This document shows positions 35,079 to 49,398 of a DNA stretch of 64,000 bases, piece after piece. The notes below the pieces were generated by a model. The model was not told the DNA's origin, ran no database searches, and was given only the letters and a program-made list of their open reading frames with translations. Made by a program: the position numbers and the translations under genes. Numbering within the stretch: the first letter of the stretch is position 1; the number at the start of each line of letters is the position of its first letter. Origin of the DNA: Malacoraja senta (taxonomy: Eukaryota); NCBI GenBank assembly GCA_038087875.1, contig JAXLNO010004175.1, positions 1 through 64,000 of the forward strand, given 5' to 3'.

Positions 35079-35138
35079 ACTCCTTCTCTCCAGAGATGCT
35101 GCCTGTCCCGCTGAATTACTCCAGCTTTTTGAGTCTAT

Positions 35139-38132
35139 AACCATAACCATAACCATAACAGCACGGAAACAGGCCATCTCGGCCCTTCAAGTCCGTGCCG
35201 AACACTTTATTTATTTATTATTATTATTATTTTTTTAAACTCTCCCCTAGTCCCATCTACCTGCACTCAGACCATAACCCTCCATTCCTTTCCCGTCCAT
35301 ATACCCATCCAATCTATTTTTAAAGGATAACATCGAACCTGCCTCCACCACTTCCACTGGAAGCTCATTCCACACAGCTACCACTCTCTGAGTAAAGAAG
35401 TTCCCCCTAATGTTACCCCTAAACTTCTGTCCCTTAATTCTCAAGTCATGTCCCCTTGTTTGAATCTTCCCTACTCTCAATGGGAAAAGCTTATCCACGT
35501 CCACTCTGTCTAACCCGCTCATAATTTTAAAGACCTCTATCAAGTCCCCTCTTAACCTTCTGCGCTCCAAAGAATAAAGACCTAACTTGTTCAACCTTTC
35601 TCTGTAACTTAGTTTCTGAAACCCAGGCAACATTCTAGTAAATCTCCTCTGTACTCTCTCTATTTTGTTGACATCCTTCCTATAATTAGGCGACCAAAAT
35701 TGTACTCCATACTCCAGAATTGGCCTCACCAATGCCTTGTACAATTTTAACATTACATCCCAACTTCTATATTCAATGCTCTGATTTATAAAGGCCAGCA
35801 CACCAAAAGCTTTCTTTACCACCCTATCTACATGAGATTCCACCTTCAGGGAACTATGCACAGTTATTCCTAGATCCCTCTGTTCAACTGCATTCCTCAA
35901 TTCGCTACCATTTACCATGTACGTCCTATTTTGATTTGTCCTGCCGAGATGTAGCACCTCACATTTATCAGCATTAAACTCCATCTGCCATCTTTCAGCC
36001 CACTCTTCCAAATGGCCTAAATCTCTCTGTAGACTTTGAAAATCGACTTCATTATCCACAACACCACCTATCTTAGTATCATGTGCATACTTACTAATCC
36101 AATTTTCCACACCATCATTCAGATCATTGATGTACATGACAAACAACAGTGGACCCAACACAGACCCCTGAGGCATCCCACTAGTCACCGGCCTCCAACC
36201 TGACAAACAGCCATCCACCATTACTCTCTGGCATCTCCCATTCAGCCACTGTTGAATCCATCTTGCTACTCCACCATTAATACCCAACAATTGAATCTTC
36301 TTAACCAACCTTCCATGAGGAACCTTGTCAAAGGCCTTACTGAAGTCCATATAGACTACATCCACTGCTTTACCCTCATCAATTTCCCTAGTAACCTCTT
36401 CGAAAAATTCAAGAAGATTAGTCAAGCATGACCTTCCAGGCACAAATCCATGTTGACTGTTCCTAATCAGACCCTGCTTATACAGATGCTTATATATATT
36501 ATCTTTAAGTATCCTTTCCATTAATTTGCCCACCACTGACGTCAAACTAACAGATCTATAATTGCTAGGTTTACTCTTAAAACCCTTTTTAAACAACGGA
36601 ACAACATGCGCAGTACGCCAATCCTCCGGCACTATTCCCGTTTCTAATGACATTTGAAATATTTCTGTCATAGCCCCTGCTATTTCTACACTAACTTCCC
36701 TCAATGTCCTAGGGAATATCCTGTCAGGACCTGGAGACTTATCCGTTTTCATATTTTTTAAAAGTGTCCGCACCTCCTCTTCTTTGAATCTCATAGTTTC
36801 CATTGCTACTCTGCTTGTTTCCTTTACCTCACATAATTCCATATCCTTGTCCTTGGTGAATACCGAAGAAAAGAAATTGTTCAATATCTCCCCCATCTCT
36901 TTTGGCTCTGCAGATAGCTGTCCACTCTGACTCTCTAATGGACCAATTTTATTCCTTGTTATCCTTTTGCTATTAATATAGGTGTAGAAACCCTTTGGAT
37001 TTACTTTCACCTTACTTGCCAAAGCAACCTCATATCTTCTTTTAGCTTTTCTAATTTCTTTCTTAATATTCTTTTTACATTCTTTATACTCCTCAAGCAC
37101 CTCATTTACTCCATGCTGCCTATAATTATTGTAGATCTCTTTTTCCGAACCAAGTGTCCAATTTCCCTTGAAAACCATGGCTCTTTCCAATTTTTACTAT
37201 TTCCTTTCAACCGAACAGGGACATAAAGATTCTGTACGCTTAAAATGTCACCCTTAAATGTCCTCCATTTCTCTTCTACATCCTTCCCTTAAAACAACAT
37301 GTCCCAATTCACTCCTTTTAAATCCTTTCGCATCTCCTCAAAGTTATCCTTTCTCCAATCAAAAATCTCAACCCTAGGTCCAGTTCTGACCCTCTCCATA
37401 ATTATATTGAAACTAATGGTATTGTGATCACTGGACCCGAAGTGCTCCCCGACGCACACCTCCGCTACCTGCCCTGTCTCATTTCCTAACAGGAGGTCCA
37501 GCACTGCCCCTTCTCTAGTAGGTACCTCTATGGGTTGCTGAAAAAAACTATCCTGCACACATTTTACAAACTCCAAACCATCCAGTCGTTTTACAGAATG
37601 TGTTTCCCAGTCTATGTGTGGAAAATTGAAATCTCCCACAATCACTACCTTGTGCTTACTACTAATATCTGCTATCTCCTTACATATTTGCTCTTCCAAT
37701 TCTCGCTCCCCATTTGGCGGTCTATAATACACCCCTATAAGTGTTGCTACACCTTTCCCATTTCTCAGTTCCACCCAAATAGCCTCCCTAGACGAGCCCT
37801 CTAATCTATCCTGCCAAAGCACTGCTGTAATATCTTCCTTGACAAGCAATGCAACACCCCCACCTCTTGCCCCTCCAATTCTATCACCCCTGAAGCAACG
37901 AAATCCTGGAATATTTAGTTTCCAATCACAGCCCTCCTGCAGCCATGTTTCACTGATCGCCACAACATCATACTTCCAGGTGTCAATCCAGGGTCTAAGC
38001 TCATCCACCTTTCTTACAATGCTCCTAGCATTAAAATATACACATTTAAGAAACCCACCACCACTTATTCTCTGTTTATTATCTTTTCTTCTTTCTCCCC
38101 TACATTTTGGGTCCGAGTGCTTCCCTTCTCTG
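35139..38132 (-). mobile_element. CR1 family B (HER1-like) ORF2: APE endonuclease 37289-38008 and RT 35247-37190
   Basis: DVVAISETWL...GDFNF...SDH endonuclease; RT with QGSVLGP and YAHD (normally YADD); (TTATGG)n tail; nonsense codon at 37289 and a 4-nt deletion near 37140. Confidence 0.95.
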
Positions 38133-39308
38133 CGTCGTGAATAACAGGATGCTTTATTCAGGCATTGTAAAGGCTCTGTCTCACGGTGTTGCGGTCATTG
38201 GCGGTGAAGCGCGGCATCGCCGGAAGAGGGGACCGCACGGCAACCACGAGAGCGCCGCACGGATGCTGCGCGGGGGCCGAGTGATCTCCGTACGGCTGGT
38301 TCCACGAGCTTGCGGTGTCGGGTGATGACGTCATCACGCGATGACGTCTTTCGGATCGCGGGGCTATGGCGGCGGACGTGACGCACACGTGCCTCACTGG
38401 TGGCGGCTGTGGCGGCGGCCGTGCTGCACACGTGCCTCACTGGCGGCGGCTGTGGCGGTGAAAGTTCGACTCACGGCGCTCGTGCCGCACTGGCGGCGGC
38501 TGTTGCGGAGACCGTGCCGCACTCGTGCCTCACTGGCAGCGGCTGTGCGGTAGGAAATAATTTTTAGACATTGTTGACTTTTTGTGAGCACCGTGCAGTG
38601 TTGGGACCAACGCCGCACGGCCCCGGCGGTGTGCGTTTGACCGAACCCGCGGTCTCTGGCGGTCCACGAGCGGTAGATACTTCCTGTATCACCGCCAAGA
38701 CCGCAGACTCGTGAGACAGGCCTTTTAGTTGACAATACATGGACGTTTAACACTCTAACATAACAGTTGTAGTTGTTGAGAGGCTGTTGCCTCGTGGGCT
38801 CGGTTGTGCTCCTGCTGCGGTGGCAGGACACTCTCATGAAGTCAGAGGAGGAGCAAGAGCCAGAGACAGAGAACGAGAGAGAGGGAAGGTCAGGACTTAT
38901 ATACTGGGACACACCCAATATATCTCGTGACTCTTTCCCAGGGTTGCCGAGGGTTCGCATAGGAGGAGTGGCCTAACCATTAGGTGCCGCTACAATACTT
39001 CTAATAAAATAAAAAAATAAAAAAAATCATGCCTGACATCTTCTCCAGATGAAATCCCACGACCTGCCCAGTCTTTTCAGTAAGTTCCATCCTCTCAGTT
39101 ATGCCGTTATTCTCATGAACATTCCTTGTGTTTTCCCCCATCGTTCCACATCTCGGCGGCTCTATCCGCTTTCTGTCTGCATGACAGAGGTGATAAGAGT
39201 TGGGAAATGGGAATTATCAGAGGGTTACAGAAATTTGGAGAAATTCCCGGTGTAGGGATGAGGATGGTCCATCTCAATCAATTGAGATTTGTGTTTTATT
39301 TCTTTCAA

Positions 39309-39547
39309 GAGGAAGCTGGGCGCAAGCGAAGGTAGGACATTGTCTTGATGGAAACATTGTACGTTTTTGTGGAACAACTCAAAACATTTCTAATCCTCAG
39401 TTTATAACCAGCTGTTAAATATTTCCAGGGTTCGTGATGAAGCCAAACCACTGTCGGTGGTAAATGAAGCCTTGCCGATTGAAAAGTTTCATTGCCCTGT
39501 TTCGTTCAACACCACATTCAAAGAAATATCTGAGGACTTCAAGCAAG
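39309..39547 (+). pseudogene. TRIM exons 4-5, copy 2 (exon 4 acceptor AG>AA)
   Basis: Same exons at offset 12970; the acceptor reads tttcaa|GAG. Confidence 0.8.
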
Positions 39548-41516
39548 GTAGACCTTATACCTTTTCCATTATTCTTGTGTCTGACATCTTTATGCCGTAC
39601 ACCTGATACCTAACACCTTATAATTTCCCAGCCTCGCACAGCCCGGTTTGAACTTCCCCACAAAGTCCATAAACACAACTGCCCTGTCCCACTGAAATAA
39701 TTTCCACGTACTTCGACACCATCCTATCCCCCCCTGTTCCAATCCGTACCAACCTATGTCCAAGATACCTCACATTCCCTTCGTCCCTTTAATGACTTCT
39801 GCTTTCAGAGCCTCCACCCCCTTATCTTTACCATGGACGTTCATTCACTCTACACCTCCATCCCCCACCAGGAAGGCCTTAAAGTCCACCGTTTCTTCCT
39901 CGACCGCAGAACCATCCAATTTCCCTCTACTAACACTACACCACCTAGCAGAGCTGGTTCTCACTCTTAATAACCTCCTTCGAATCTTCCCACTTCCTCC
40001 AAGTCCAAGGACCTATCCCCGAACTCTATCTCCATTACATTGATGACTGCATCGGTGCTACCTCCTGCACCCATGCAGAAATCATGGACCATCAACTTCA
40101 CCACTAATTTCCATCCTGCAATCAAAATCACCGACACCTCCCTCCCCTTTCTTGATCTTACATTCTCCATCACGGGAAATAGACTATCGATAGACATCTA
40201 TTACAAACCCACTGAATCCCACAACTATCTCGACAACACTTCTCCCTACCCTGCTTCATGCAAAGACTCTATCCCCTACTCCCAAATGGTCCATCTACGC
40301 CGCATCTGCGCCCAAGATGAGGTATTCCATTCCAGGAAATCCGAGATGTCCTCATTCTTTAGGGAACTTGGGTTCCCCTCCCCCATCATAGATGAGGCTC
40401 GCCCTAGTCACAACTTAGACAGAGCCACCCTTGTCCTTACCTTTCACCCCATCAGCCGCCACACACAGCACATAATCCTCCAAAATTTCCGCCACCTCCA
40501 ATGGGATCCCACCACTAGCCACATTTTCCCATCTCCTCCCCTTTCTACCTTCCGCAAAGACCATTCCCTCTGCACCTTCTTGGTTAACTCACCCCTTCCC
40601 ACCTAAACCACCCCCTCCCCAGTACGTTCCCCTGCAACCGCAGAAGATGCAACACCAATACCTATACAATAGACAAAAAACAACAGGTGCAGGAGTACCT
40701 TCTAAGCTCCAGAGTGTACAAGCCCAGCCGCTCCATTCTCTCAGCATATGACAGTCCCGCCATCCCGGGAATTAACATTGTAAACCTACGCTGCACTCCC
40801 TCAATAGCAAGAATCTCCTTCCTCAAATTAGGGGACCAAAACTGCACACAATACTCCAGGTGTGGTCTCACTAGGGCTCTGTACAACTGCAGAAGGACCT
40901 CTTTGCTCCTATATTCAATTCCTCTTGTTATAAAGGCCAACATGCCATTCGCTTTCTTCACTGCCTGCTGTACCTGCATGCTTACTTTCATAAACTGATG
41001 AACAAAGACCCCTAGATCCCGTTGTACTTCCCCTTTCCCCAACTTGACACACATTTATCCTCATTAAACTTCATCTGCCCACTCCCCCAACCAGTCCAAG
41101 TCACCCTGCATTCTCATAGCATCCTCCTCACAGTTCACACTGCCACCCAGCTTAGTGTCATCTGCAAATTTGCTAATGTTACTTTGAATCCCTTCATCCA
41201 AATCATACCACCTCTCTTGACTCTGTCCAGGAACCCCAACAGTCCTTTCAGGTTAGGCAGAGGTTCACTTGCACCTCCTCCAACCTCATCTACTGTATTT
41301 ATTGTTCAAGATGCGGACTCTTATACATCGATGAGACCAAACGCAGACTGGGCGATCGTTTCGCTGAACACCTTCGCTCAGTCTGCCTGAACCTACCTGA
41401 TCTCTCGGTGGCTAAAACTTTAATTTTCCTTCCCATTCCCACACAGACCTTTCTGTCCTAGGTCTCCTCCATTGTCAGAGTGAGGATGAATGCAAAATGG
41501 AGGAACAGCATCTCAT

Positions 41517-41984
41517 AGAAACATAGAAACATAGAAATTAGGTGCAGGAGTAGGCCATTCGGCCCTTCGAGCCTGCACCGCCATTCAATATGATCATGGC
41601 TGATCATCCAACTCAGTATCCCGTACCTGCCTTCTCTCCATACCCTCTGATCCCTTTAGCCACAAGGGCCACATCTAGCTCCCTCTTAAATATAGCCAAT
41701 GAACTGGCCTCGACTACCCTCTGTGGCAGAGAGTTCCAGAGATTCACCACTCTCTGTGTGAAAAAAGTTCTTCTCATCTCGGTTTTAAAGGATTTCCCCC
41801 TTATCCTTAAGCTGTGACCCCTTGTCCTGGACTTCCCCAACATCGGGAGCAATCTTCCTGCATCTAGCCTGTCCAACCCCTTAAGAATTTTGTAAGTTTC
41901 TATAAGATCCCCTCTCAATCTCCTAAATTCTAGAGAGTATAAACCAAGTCTATCCAGTCTTTCTTCATAAGACAGTCCTGACAT
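41517..41984 (-). mobile_element. Young CR1 family A insertion specific to unit 2
   Basis: Absent at the homologous CATCTCAT|ATTTTGC site in units 1 and 3; CAT is duplicated. Confidence 0.85.
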
Positions 41985-42327
41985 CATATTTTGCTTGGGC
42001 AGTTTACAGCCCAGTGGTATGAAATGTTGATTTCTCTAACTTCAGGTAGCCCTGGCATTCCCTCTCTCTCTTTCCCTCCCCACCCAAGTCACACTAGTTT
42101 CTCGTTTTCACCTAATAAATAGCTAACAATGGCCTGTTTAATCTCATCGTTATATTTTGCATATCTTCCATTCATTGTTCTTTATCTCTTTACATCATCG
42201 CCTATATCTTTTGTTTCCCTTATCCATAACCAGTCTGAAGAAGGGTCTTGAACCGAAACGTCACCCACTCCTTCTCTCCAGAGATGCTGCCTGTCCCGCT
42301 GAATTACTCCAGCTTTTTGAGTCTATA

Positions 42328-45316
42328 GCCATAACCATAACCATAACAGCACGGAAACAGGCCATCTCGGCCCTTCAAATCCGTGCCGAACACTTTTTTA
42401 TTTTTATTTTTTTTATTTTTTAAAAACTCCCCCCTAGTCCCATCTACCTGCACTCAGACCATAACCCTCCATTCCTTTCCCGTCCATATACCCATCCAAT
42501 CTATTTTTAAAGGATAACATCGAACCTGCCTCCACCACTTCCACTGGAAGCTCATTCCACACAGCTACCACTCTCTGAGTAAAGAAGTTCCCCCTAATGT
42601 TACCCCTAAACTTCTGTCCCTTAATTCTCAAGACATGTCCCCTTGTTTGAATCTTCCCTACTCTCAATGGGAAAAGCTTATCCACGTCCACTCTGTCTAA
42701 CCCGCTCATAATTTTAAAGACCTCTATCAAGTCCCCTCTTAACCTTCTGCGCTCCAAAGAATAAAGACCTAACTTGTTCAACCTTTCTCTGTAACTTAGT
42801 TGCTGAAACCCAGGCAACATTCTAGTAAATCTCCTCTGTACTCTCTCTATTTTGTTGACATCCTTCCTATAATTAGGCGACCAAAATTGTACTCCATACT
42901 CCAGAATTGGCCTCACCAATCCCTTCTACAATTTTAACATTACATCCCAACTTCTATATTCAATGCTCTGATTTATAAAGGCCAGCACACCAATAGCTTT
43001 CTTTACCACCCTATCTACATGAGATTCCACATTCAGGGAACTATGCACAGTTATTCCTAGATCCCTCTGTTCAACTGCATTCCTCAATTCGCTACCATTT
43101 ACCATGTACGTCCTATTTTGATTTGTCCTGCCGAGATGTAGCACCTCACATTTATCAGCATTAAACTCCATCTGCCATCTTTCAGCCCACTCTTCCAAAT
43201 GGCCTAAATCTCTCTGTAGACTTTGAAAATCGACTTCATTATCCACAACACCACCTATCTTAGTATCATCTGCATACTTACTAATCCAATTTTCCACACC
43301 ATCATCCAGATCATTGATGTACATGACAAACAACATTGGACCCAACACAGACCCCTGAGGCACCCCACTAGTCACCGGCCTCCAACCTGACAAACAGCCA
43401 TCCACCATTACTCTCTGGCATCTCCCATTCAGCCACTGTTGAATCCATCTTGCTACTCCACCATTAATACCCAACAATTGAATCTTCTTAACCAACCTTC
43501 CATGAGGAACCTTGTCAAAGGCCTTACTGAAGTCCATATAGACTACATCCACTGCTTTACCCTCATCAATTTCCCTAGTAACCTCTTCGAAAAATTCAAG
43601 AAGATTAGTCAAGCATGACCTTCCAGGCACAAATCCATGTTGACTGTTCCTAATCAGACCCTGCTTATCCAGATGCTTATATATATTATCTTTAAGTATC
43701 CTTTCCATTAATTTGCCCACCACTGACGTCAAACTAACAGATCTATAATTGCTAGGTTTACTCTTAGAACCCTTTTTAAACAACGAAACAACATGCGCAG
43801 TACGCCAATCCTCCGGCACTATTCCCGTTTCTAATGACATTTGAAATATTTCTGTCATAGCCCCTGCTATTTCTACACTAACTTCCCTCAATGTCCTAGG
43901 GAATATCCTGTCAGGACCTGGAGACTTATCCGTTTTCATATTTTTTAAAAGTGTCCGCATCTCCTCTTCTTTGAATCTCATAGTTTCCATTGCTACTCTG
44001 CTTGTTTCCTTTACCTCACATAATTCCATATCCTTCTCCTTGGTGAATACCGAAGAAAGGAAATTGTTCAATATCTCCCCCATCTCTTTTGGCTCTGCAG
44101 ATAGCTGTCCACTCTGACTCTCTAATGGACCAATTTTATTCCTTGTTATCCTTTTGCTATTAATATAGGTGTAGAAACGCTTTGGATTTACTTTCACCTT
44201 ACTTGCCAAAGCAACCTCATATCTTCTTTTAGCTTTTCTAATTTCTTTCTTAATATTCTTTTTACATTATACTCCTCAAGCACCTCATTTACTCCATGCT
44301 GCCTATAATTATTGTAGATCTCTTTTTCCGAACCAAGTGTCCAATTTCCCTTGAAAACCATGGCTCTTTCCAATTTTTACTATTTCCTTTCAACCGAACA
44401 GGGACATAAAGATTCTGTACTCTTAAAATGTCACCCTTAAATGTCCTCCATTTCTCTTCTACATCCTTCCCTTAAACCAACATGTCCCAATTCACTCCTT
44501 TTAAATCCTTTCTCATCTCCTCAAAGTTATCCTTTCTCCAATCAAAAATCTCAACCCTAGGTCCAGTTCTGACCCTCTCCATAATTATATTGAAACTAAT
44601 GGTATTGTGATCACTGGACCCGAAGTGCTCCCCGACGCACACCTCCGCTACCTGCCCTGTCTCATTTCCTAACAGGAGGTCCAGCACTGCCCCTTCTCTA
44701 GTAGGTACCTCTATGGCTTGCTGAAAAAAACTATCCTGCACACATTTTACAAACTCCAAACCATCCAGTCGTTTTACAGAATGTGTTTCCCAGTCTATGT
44801 GTGGAAAATTGAAATCTCCCACAATCACTACCTTGTGCTTACTACTAATATCTGCTATCTCCTTACATATTTGCTCTTCCAATTCTCGCTCCCCATTTGG
44901 CGGTCTATAATACACCCCTATAAGTGTTGCTACACCTTTCCCATTTCTCAGTTCCACCCAAATAGCCTCCCTAGACGAGCCCTCTAATCTATCCTGCCAA
45001 AGCACTGCTGTAATATCTTCCTTGACAAGCAATGCAACACCCCCACCTCTTGCCCCTCCAATTCTATCACCCCTGAAGCAACGAAATCCTGGAATATTTA
45101 GTTTCCAATCACAGCCCTCCTGCAACCATGTTTCACTAATCGCCACAACATCATACTTCCAGGTGTCAATCCAGGGTCTAAGCTCATCCACCTTTCTTAC
45201 AATGCTCCTAGCATTACAATATACACATTTCAGAAACCCACCACCACTTATTCTCTGTTTATTATCTTTTTCTTCTTTCTCCCCTACATTTTGGGTCCGA
45301 GTGCTTCCCTTCTCTG
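42328..45316 (-). mobile_element. CR1 family B, duplicate of 35139-38132
   Basis: ORFs 42434-42919, 42926-44209 (YADD) and 44472-45191; shares the stop, the 4-nt deletion and the 5' truncation point. Confidence 0.95.
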
Positions 45317-46492
45317 CGTCGTGAATAACAGGATGCCTTATTCAGGCATTGTAAAGGCTCTGTCTCACGGTGTTGCGGTCATTGGCGGTGAAGCGCGGCA
45401 TCGCCGGAAGAGGGGACCGCACGGCAACCACGAGAGCGCCGCGCGGATGCTGTGCGGGGGCCGAGTATTCCCCGTACGGCTGGTTCCACGAGCTTGCGGC
45501 GTCGGGTGATGACGTCATCACGCGATGACGTCTTTCGGATCGCGGGGCTATGGCGGCGGACGTGACGCACACGTGCCTCACTGGCGGCAGCTGTGGCGGC
45601 GGCCATGCTGCACACGTGCCTCACTGGCGGCGGCTGTGGCGGTGAAAGTTCGACTCACGGCGCTCGTGCCGCACTGGCGGCGGCTGTTGCGGAGACCGTG
45701 CCGCACTCGTGCCTCACTGGCAGCGGCTGTGCGGTAGGAAATAATTTTTAGACATTGTTGACTTTTTGTGAGCACCGTGCAGTGTTGGGACCAACGCCGC
45801 ACGGCCCCGGCGGTGTGCGTTTGACCGAACCCGCGGTCTCTGGCGGTCCACGAGCGGTAGATACTTCCTGTATCACCGCCAAGACTGCAGACTCGTGAGA
45901 CAGGCCTTTTAGTTGACAATACATGGACGTTTAACACTCTAACATAACAGTTGTAGTTGTTGAGAGGCTGTTGCCTCGTGGGCTCGGTTGTGCTCCTGCT
46001 GCGGTGGCAGGACACTCTCATGAAGTCAGAGGAGGAGCAAGAGCCAGAGACAGAGAACGAGAGAGAGGGAAGGTCAGGACTTATATACTGGGACACACCC
46101 AATATATCTCGTGACTCTTTCCCAGGGTTGCCGAGGGTTCGCATAGGAGGAGTGGCCTAACCATTAGGTGCCGCTACAATACTTCTAATAAAATAAAAAA
46201 ATTAAAAAAATCATGCCTGACATCTTCTCCAGATGAAATCCCACGACCTGCCCAGTCTTTTCAGTAAGTTCCATCCTCTCAGTTATGCTGTTATTCTCAT
46301 GAACCTTCCTTGTGTTTTCCCCCATCGTTCCACATCTCGGCGGCTCTATCCGCTTTCTGTCTGCATGACAGAGGTGATAAGAGTTGGGAAATGGGAATTA
46401 TCAGAGGGTTACAGAAATTTGGAGAAATTCCCGGTGTAGGGATGAGGATGGTCCATCTCAATCAATTGAGATTTGTGTTTTATTTCTTTCAA

Positions 46493-46731
46493 GAGGAAGC
46501 TGGGCGCAAGCGAAGGTAGGACATTGTCTTGATGGAAACATTGTACGTTTTTGTGGAACAACTCAAAACATTTCTAATCCTCAGTTTATAACCAGCTGTT
46601 AAATATTTCCAGGGTTCGTGATGAAGCCAAACCACTGTCGGTGGTAAATGAAGCCTTGCCGATTGAAAAGTTTCATTGCCCTGTTTCGTTCAACACCACA
46701 TTCAAAGAAATATCTGAGGACTTCAAGCAAG
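46493..46731 (+). pseudogene. TRIM exons 4-5, copy 3 (exon 4 acceptor AG>AA)
   Basis: Same as copy 2 at offset 7184. Confidence 0.8.
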
Positions 46732-49398
46732 GTAGACCTTATACCTTTTCCATTATTCTTGTGTCTGACATCTTTATGCCGTACACCTGACACCTAACAC
46801 CTTATAATTTCCCAGCCTCGCACAGCCCGGTTTGAACTTCCCCACAAAGTCCATAAACACAACTGCCCTGTCCCACTGAAATAATTTCCACGTACTTCGA
46901 CACCATCCTATCCCCCCCTGTTCCAATCCGTACCAACCTATGTCCAAGATACCTCACATTCCCTTCGTCCCTTTAATGACTTCTGCTTTCAGAGCCTCCA
47001 CCCCCTTATCTTTACCATGGACGTTCATTCACTCTACACCTCCATCCCCCACCAGGAAGGCCTTAAAGTCCACCGTTTCTTCCTCGACCGCAGAACCATC
47101 CAATTTCCCTCTACTAACACTACACCACCTAGCGGAGCTGGTTCTCACTCTTAATAACCTCCTTCGAATCTTCCCACTTCCTCCAAGTCCAAGGACCTAT
47201 CCCCGAACTCTATCTCCATTACATTGATGACTGCATCGGTGCTACCTCCTGCACCCATGCAGAAATCATGGACCATCAACTTCACCACTAATTTCCATCC
47301 TGCAATCAAAATCACCGACACCTCCCTCCCCTTTCTTGATCTTACATTCTCCATCACGGGAAATAGACTATCGATAGACATCTATTACAAACCCACTGAA
47401 TCCCACAACTATCTCGACAACACTTCTCCCTACCCTGTTTCATGCAAAGACTCTATCCCCTACTCCCAAATGGTCCATCTACGCCGCATCTGCGCCCAAG
47501 ATGAGGTATTCCATTCCAGGAAATCCGAGATGTCCTCATTCTTTAGGGAACTTGGGTTCCCCTCCCCCATCATAGATGAGGCTCGCCCTAGTCACAACTT
47601 AGACAGAGCCACCCTTGTCCTTACCTTTCACCCCATCAGCCGCCACACACAGCACATAATCCTCCAAAATTTCCGCCACCTCCAATGGGATCCCACCACT
47701 AGCCACATTTTCCCATCTCCTCCCCTTTCTACCTTCCGCAAAGACCATTCCCTCTGCACCTTCTTGGTTAACTCACCCCTTCCCACCTAAACCACCCCCT
47801 CCCCAGTACGTTCCCCTGCAACCGCAGAAGATGCAACACCGGTACCTATACAATAGACAAAAAACAACAGGTGCAGGAGTAGCCCATTTGGCCCTTCGAG
47901 CCAGCACCTCCATTCAATGTGATCATGGCTGATCATCCCCAATCAGTACCCCGTTCCTGCCTTCTCCCCATATCCCCTGACCACTACCTTTAAGAGCCCT
48001 ATCTTGAAAGCATCCAGAGAACCGGCCTCCCTCGCCCTCTGAGGCAGAGAATTCCACAGACTCGCTACTCTCTGTGAGAAAAAAATTTCTTCGTCTCTAT
48101 TCTAAATGGCTTACTCCTTATTCTTAAACTGTGGCCACTGGTTCTGGACTCCCCCAACATCGGGAACATGTTTCTTGCCTCTAGCGTGTCCAAATCCTTA
48201 ACAATCTTATATGTTTCAATGAGATCTCCTCTCATCCTTCTAAGCTCCAGAGTGTACAAGCCCAGCCGCTCCATTCTCTCAGCATATGACAGTCCTGCCA
48301 TCCCGGGAATTAACATTGTAAACCTACGCTGCACTCCCTCAATAGCAAGAATCTCCTTCCTCAAATTAGGGGACCAAAACTGCACACGATACTCCAGGTT
48401 TGGTCTCACTAGGGCTCTGTACAACTGCAGAAGGACCTCTTTGCTCCGATATTCAATTCCTCTTGTTATAAAGGCCAACATGCCATTCGCTTTCTTCACT
48501 GCCTGCTGTACCTGCATGCTTACTTTCATAAACTGATGAACAAAGACCCCTAGATCCCGTTGTACTTCCCCTTTCCCCAACTTGACACACATTTATCCTC
48601 ATTAAACTTCATCTGCCATGCATCTGCCCACTCCCCCAACCAGTCCAAGTCACCCTGCATTCTCATAGCATCCTCCTCACAGTTCACACTGCCTCCCAGC
48701 TTAGTGTCATCTGCAAATTTGCTAATGTTACTTTGAATCCCTTCATCCAAATCATACCACGTCTCTTGACTCTGTCCAGGAACCCCAACAGTCCTTTCAG
48801 GTTAGGCAGAGGTTCACTTGCACCTCCTCCAACCTCATCTACTGTATTTATTGTTCAAGATGTGGACTCTTATACATCGATGAGACCAAACGCAGACTGG
48901 GCGATCGATTCGCTGAACACTTTCGCTCAGTCTGGCTGAACCTAACTGATCTCTCGGTGGCTAAAACTTTAATTTTCCTTCCCATTCCCACACAGACCTT
49001 TGTCATTGTCCTCCATTGTCAGAGTGAGGATGAATGCAAATTGGAGGAACAGCATCTCATATTTTGCTTGGGCAGTTTACAGCCCAGTGGTATGAAATGT
49101 TGATTTCTCTAACTTCAGATAGCCCCGGCATTCCCTCTCTCTCTTTCCCTCCCCACCCAAGTTACACTAGTTTCTCATTTTCACCTAATAAATAGCTAAC
49201 AATGGCCTGTTTAATCTCATCGTTATATTTTGCATATCTTCCATTCATTGTTCTTTATCTCTTTACATCATCGCCTATATCTCTTGTTGCCCTTATCCAT
49301 AACCAGTCTGAAGAAGGGTCTTGAACCGAAACGTCACCCACTCCTTCTCTCCAGAGATGCTGCCTGTCCCGCTGAATTACTCCAGCTTTTTGAGTCTA

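Larger units (their letters stand above)
26745..35137 (+). mobile_element. Penelope-like element of unit 1, split by CR1-A (27700-28600) and DIRS (28950-34837); homologues at ~39715-42325 and ~46900-49397
   Basis: RT motifs TMDVHSLYTSIPHQEGL and HYIDDCIGATSC (27063-27100), GIY-YIG piece FTCTSSNLIYCI at ~28650-28760, and pLTR tail 34838-35137. Confidence 0.82.

Noticed and set aside
35139-35161. (CCATAA)n tract resembling a variant interstitial telomere
   Set aside because: It is the 3' microsatellite tail of the CR1 family B element and recurs at the same place in each copy.
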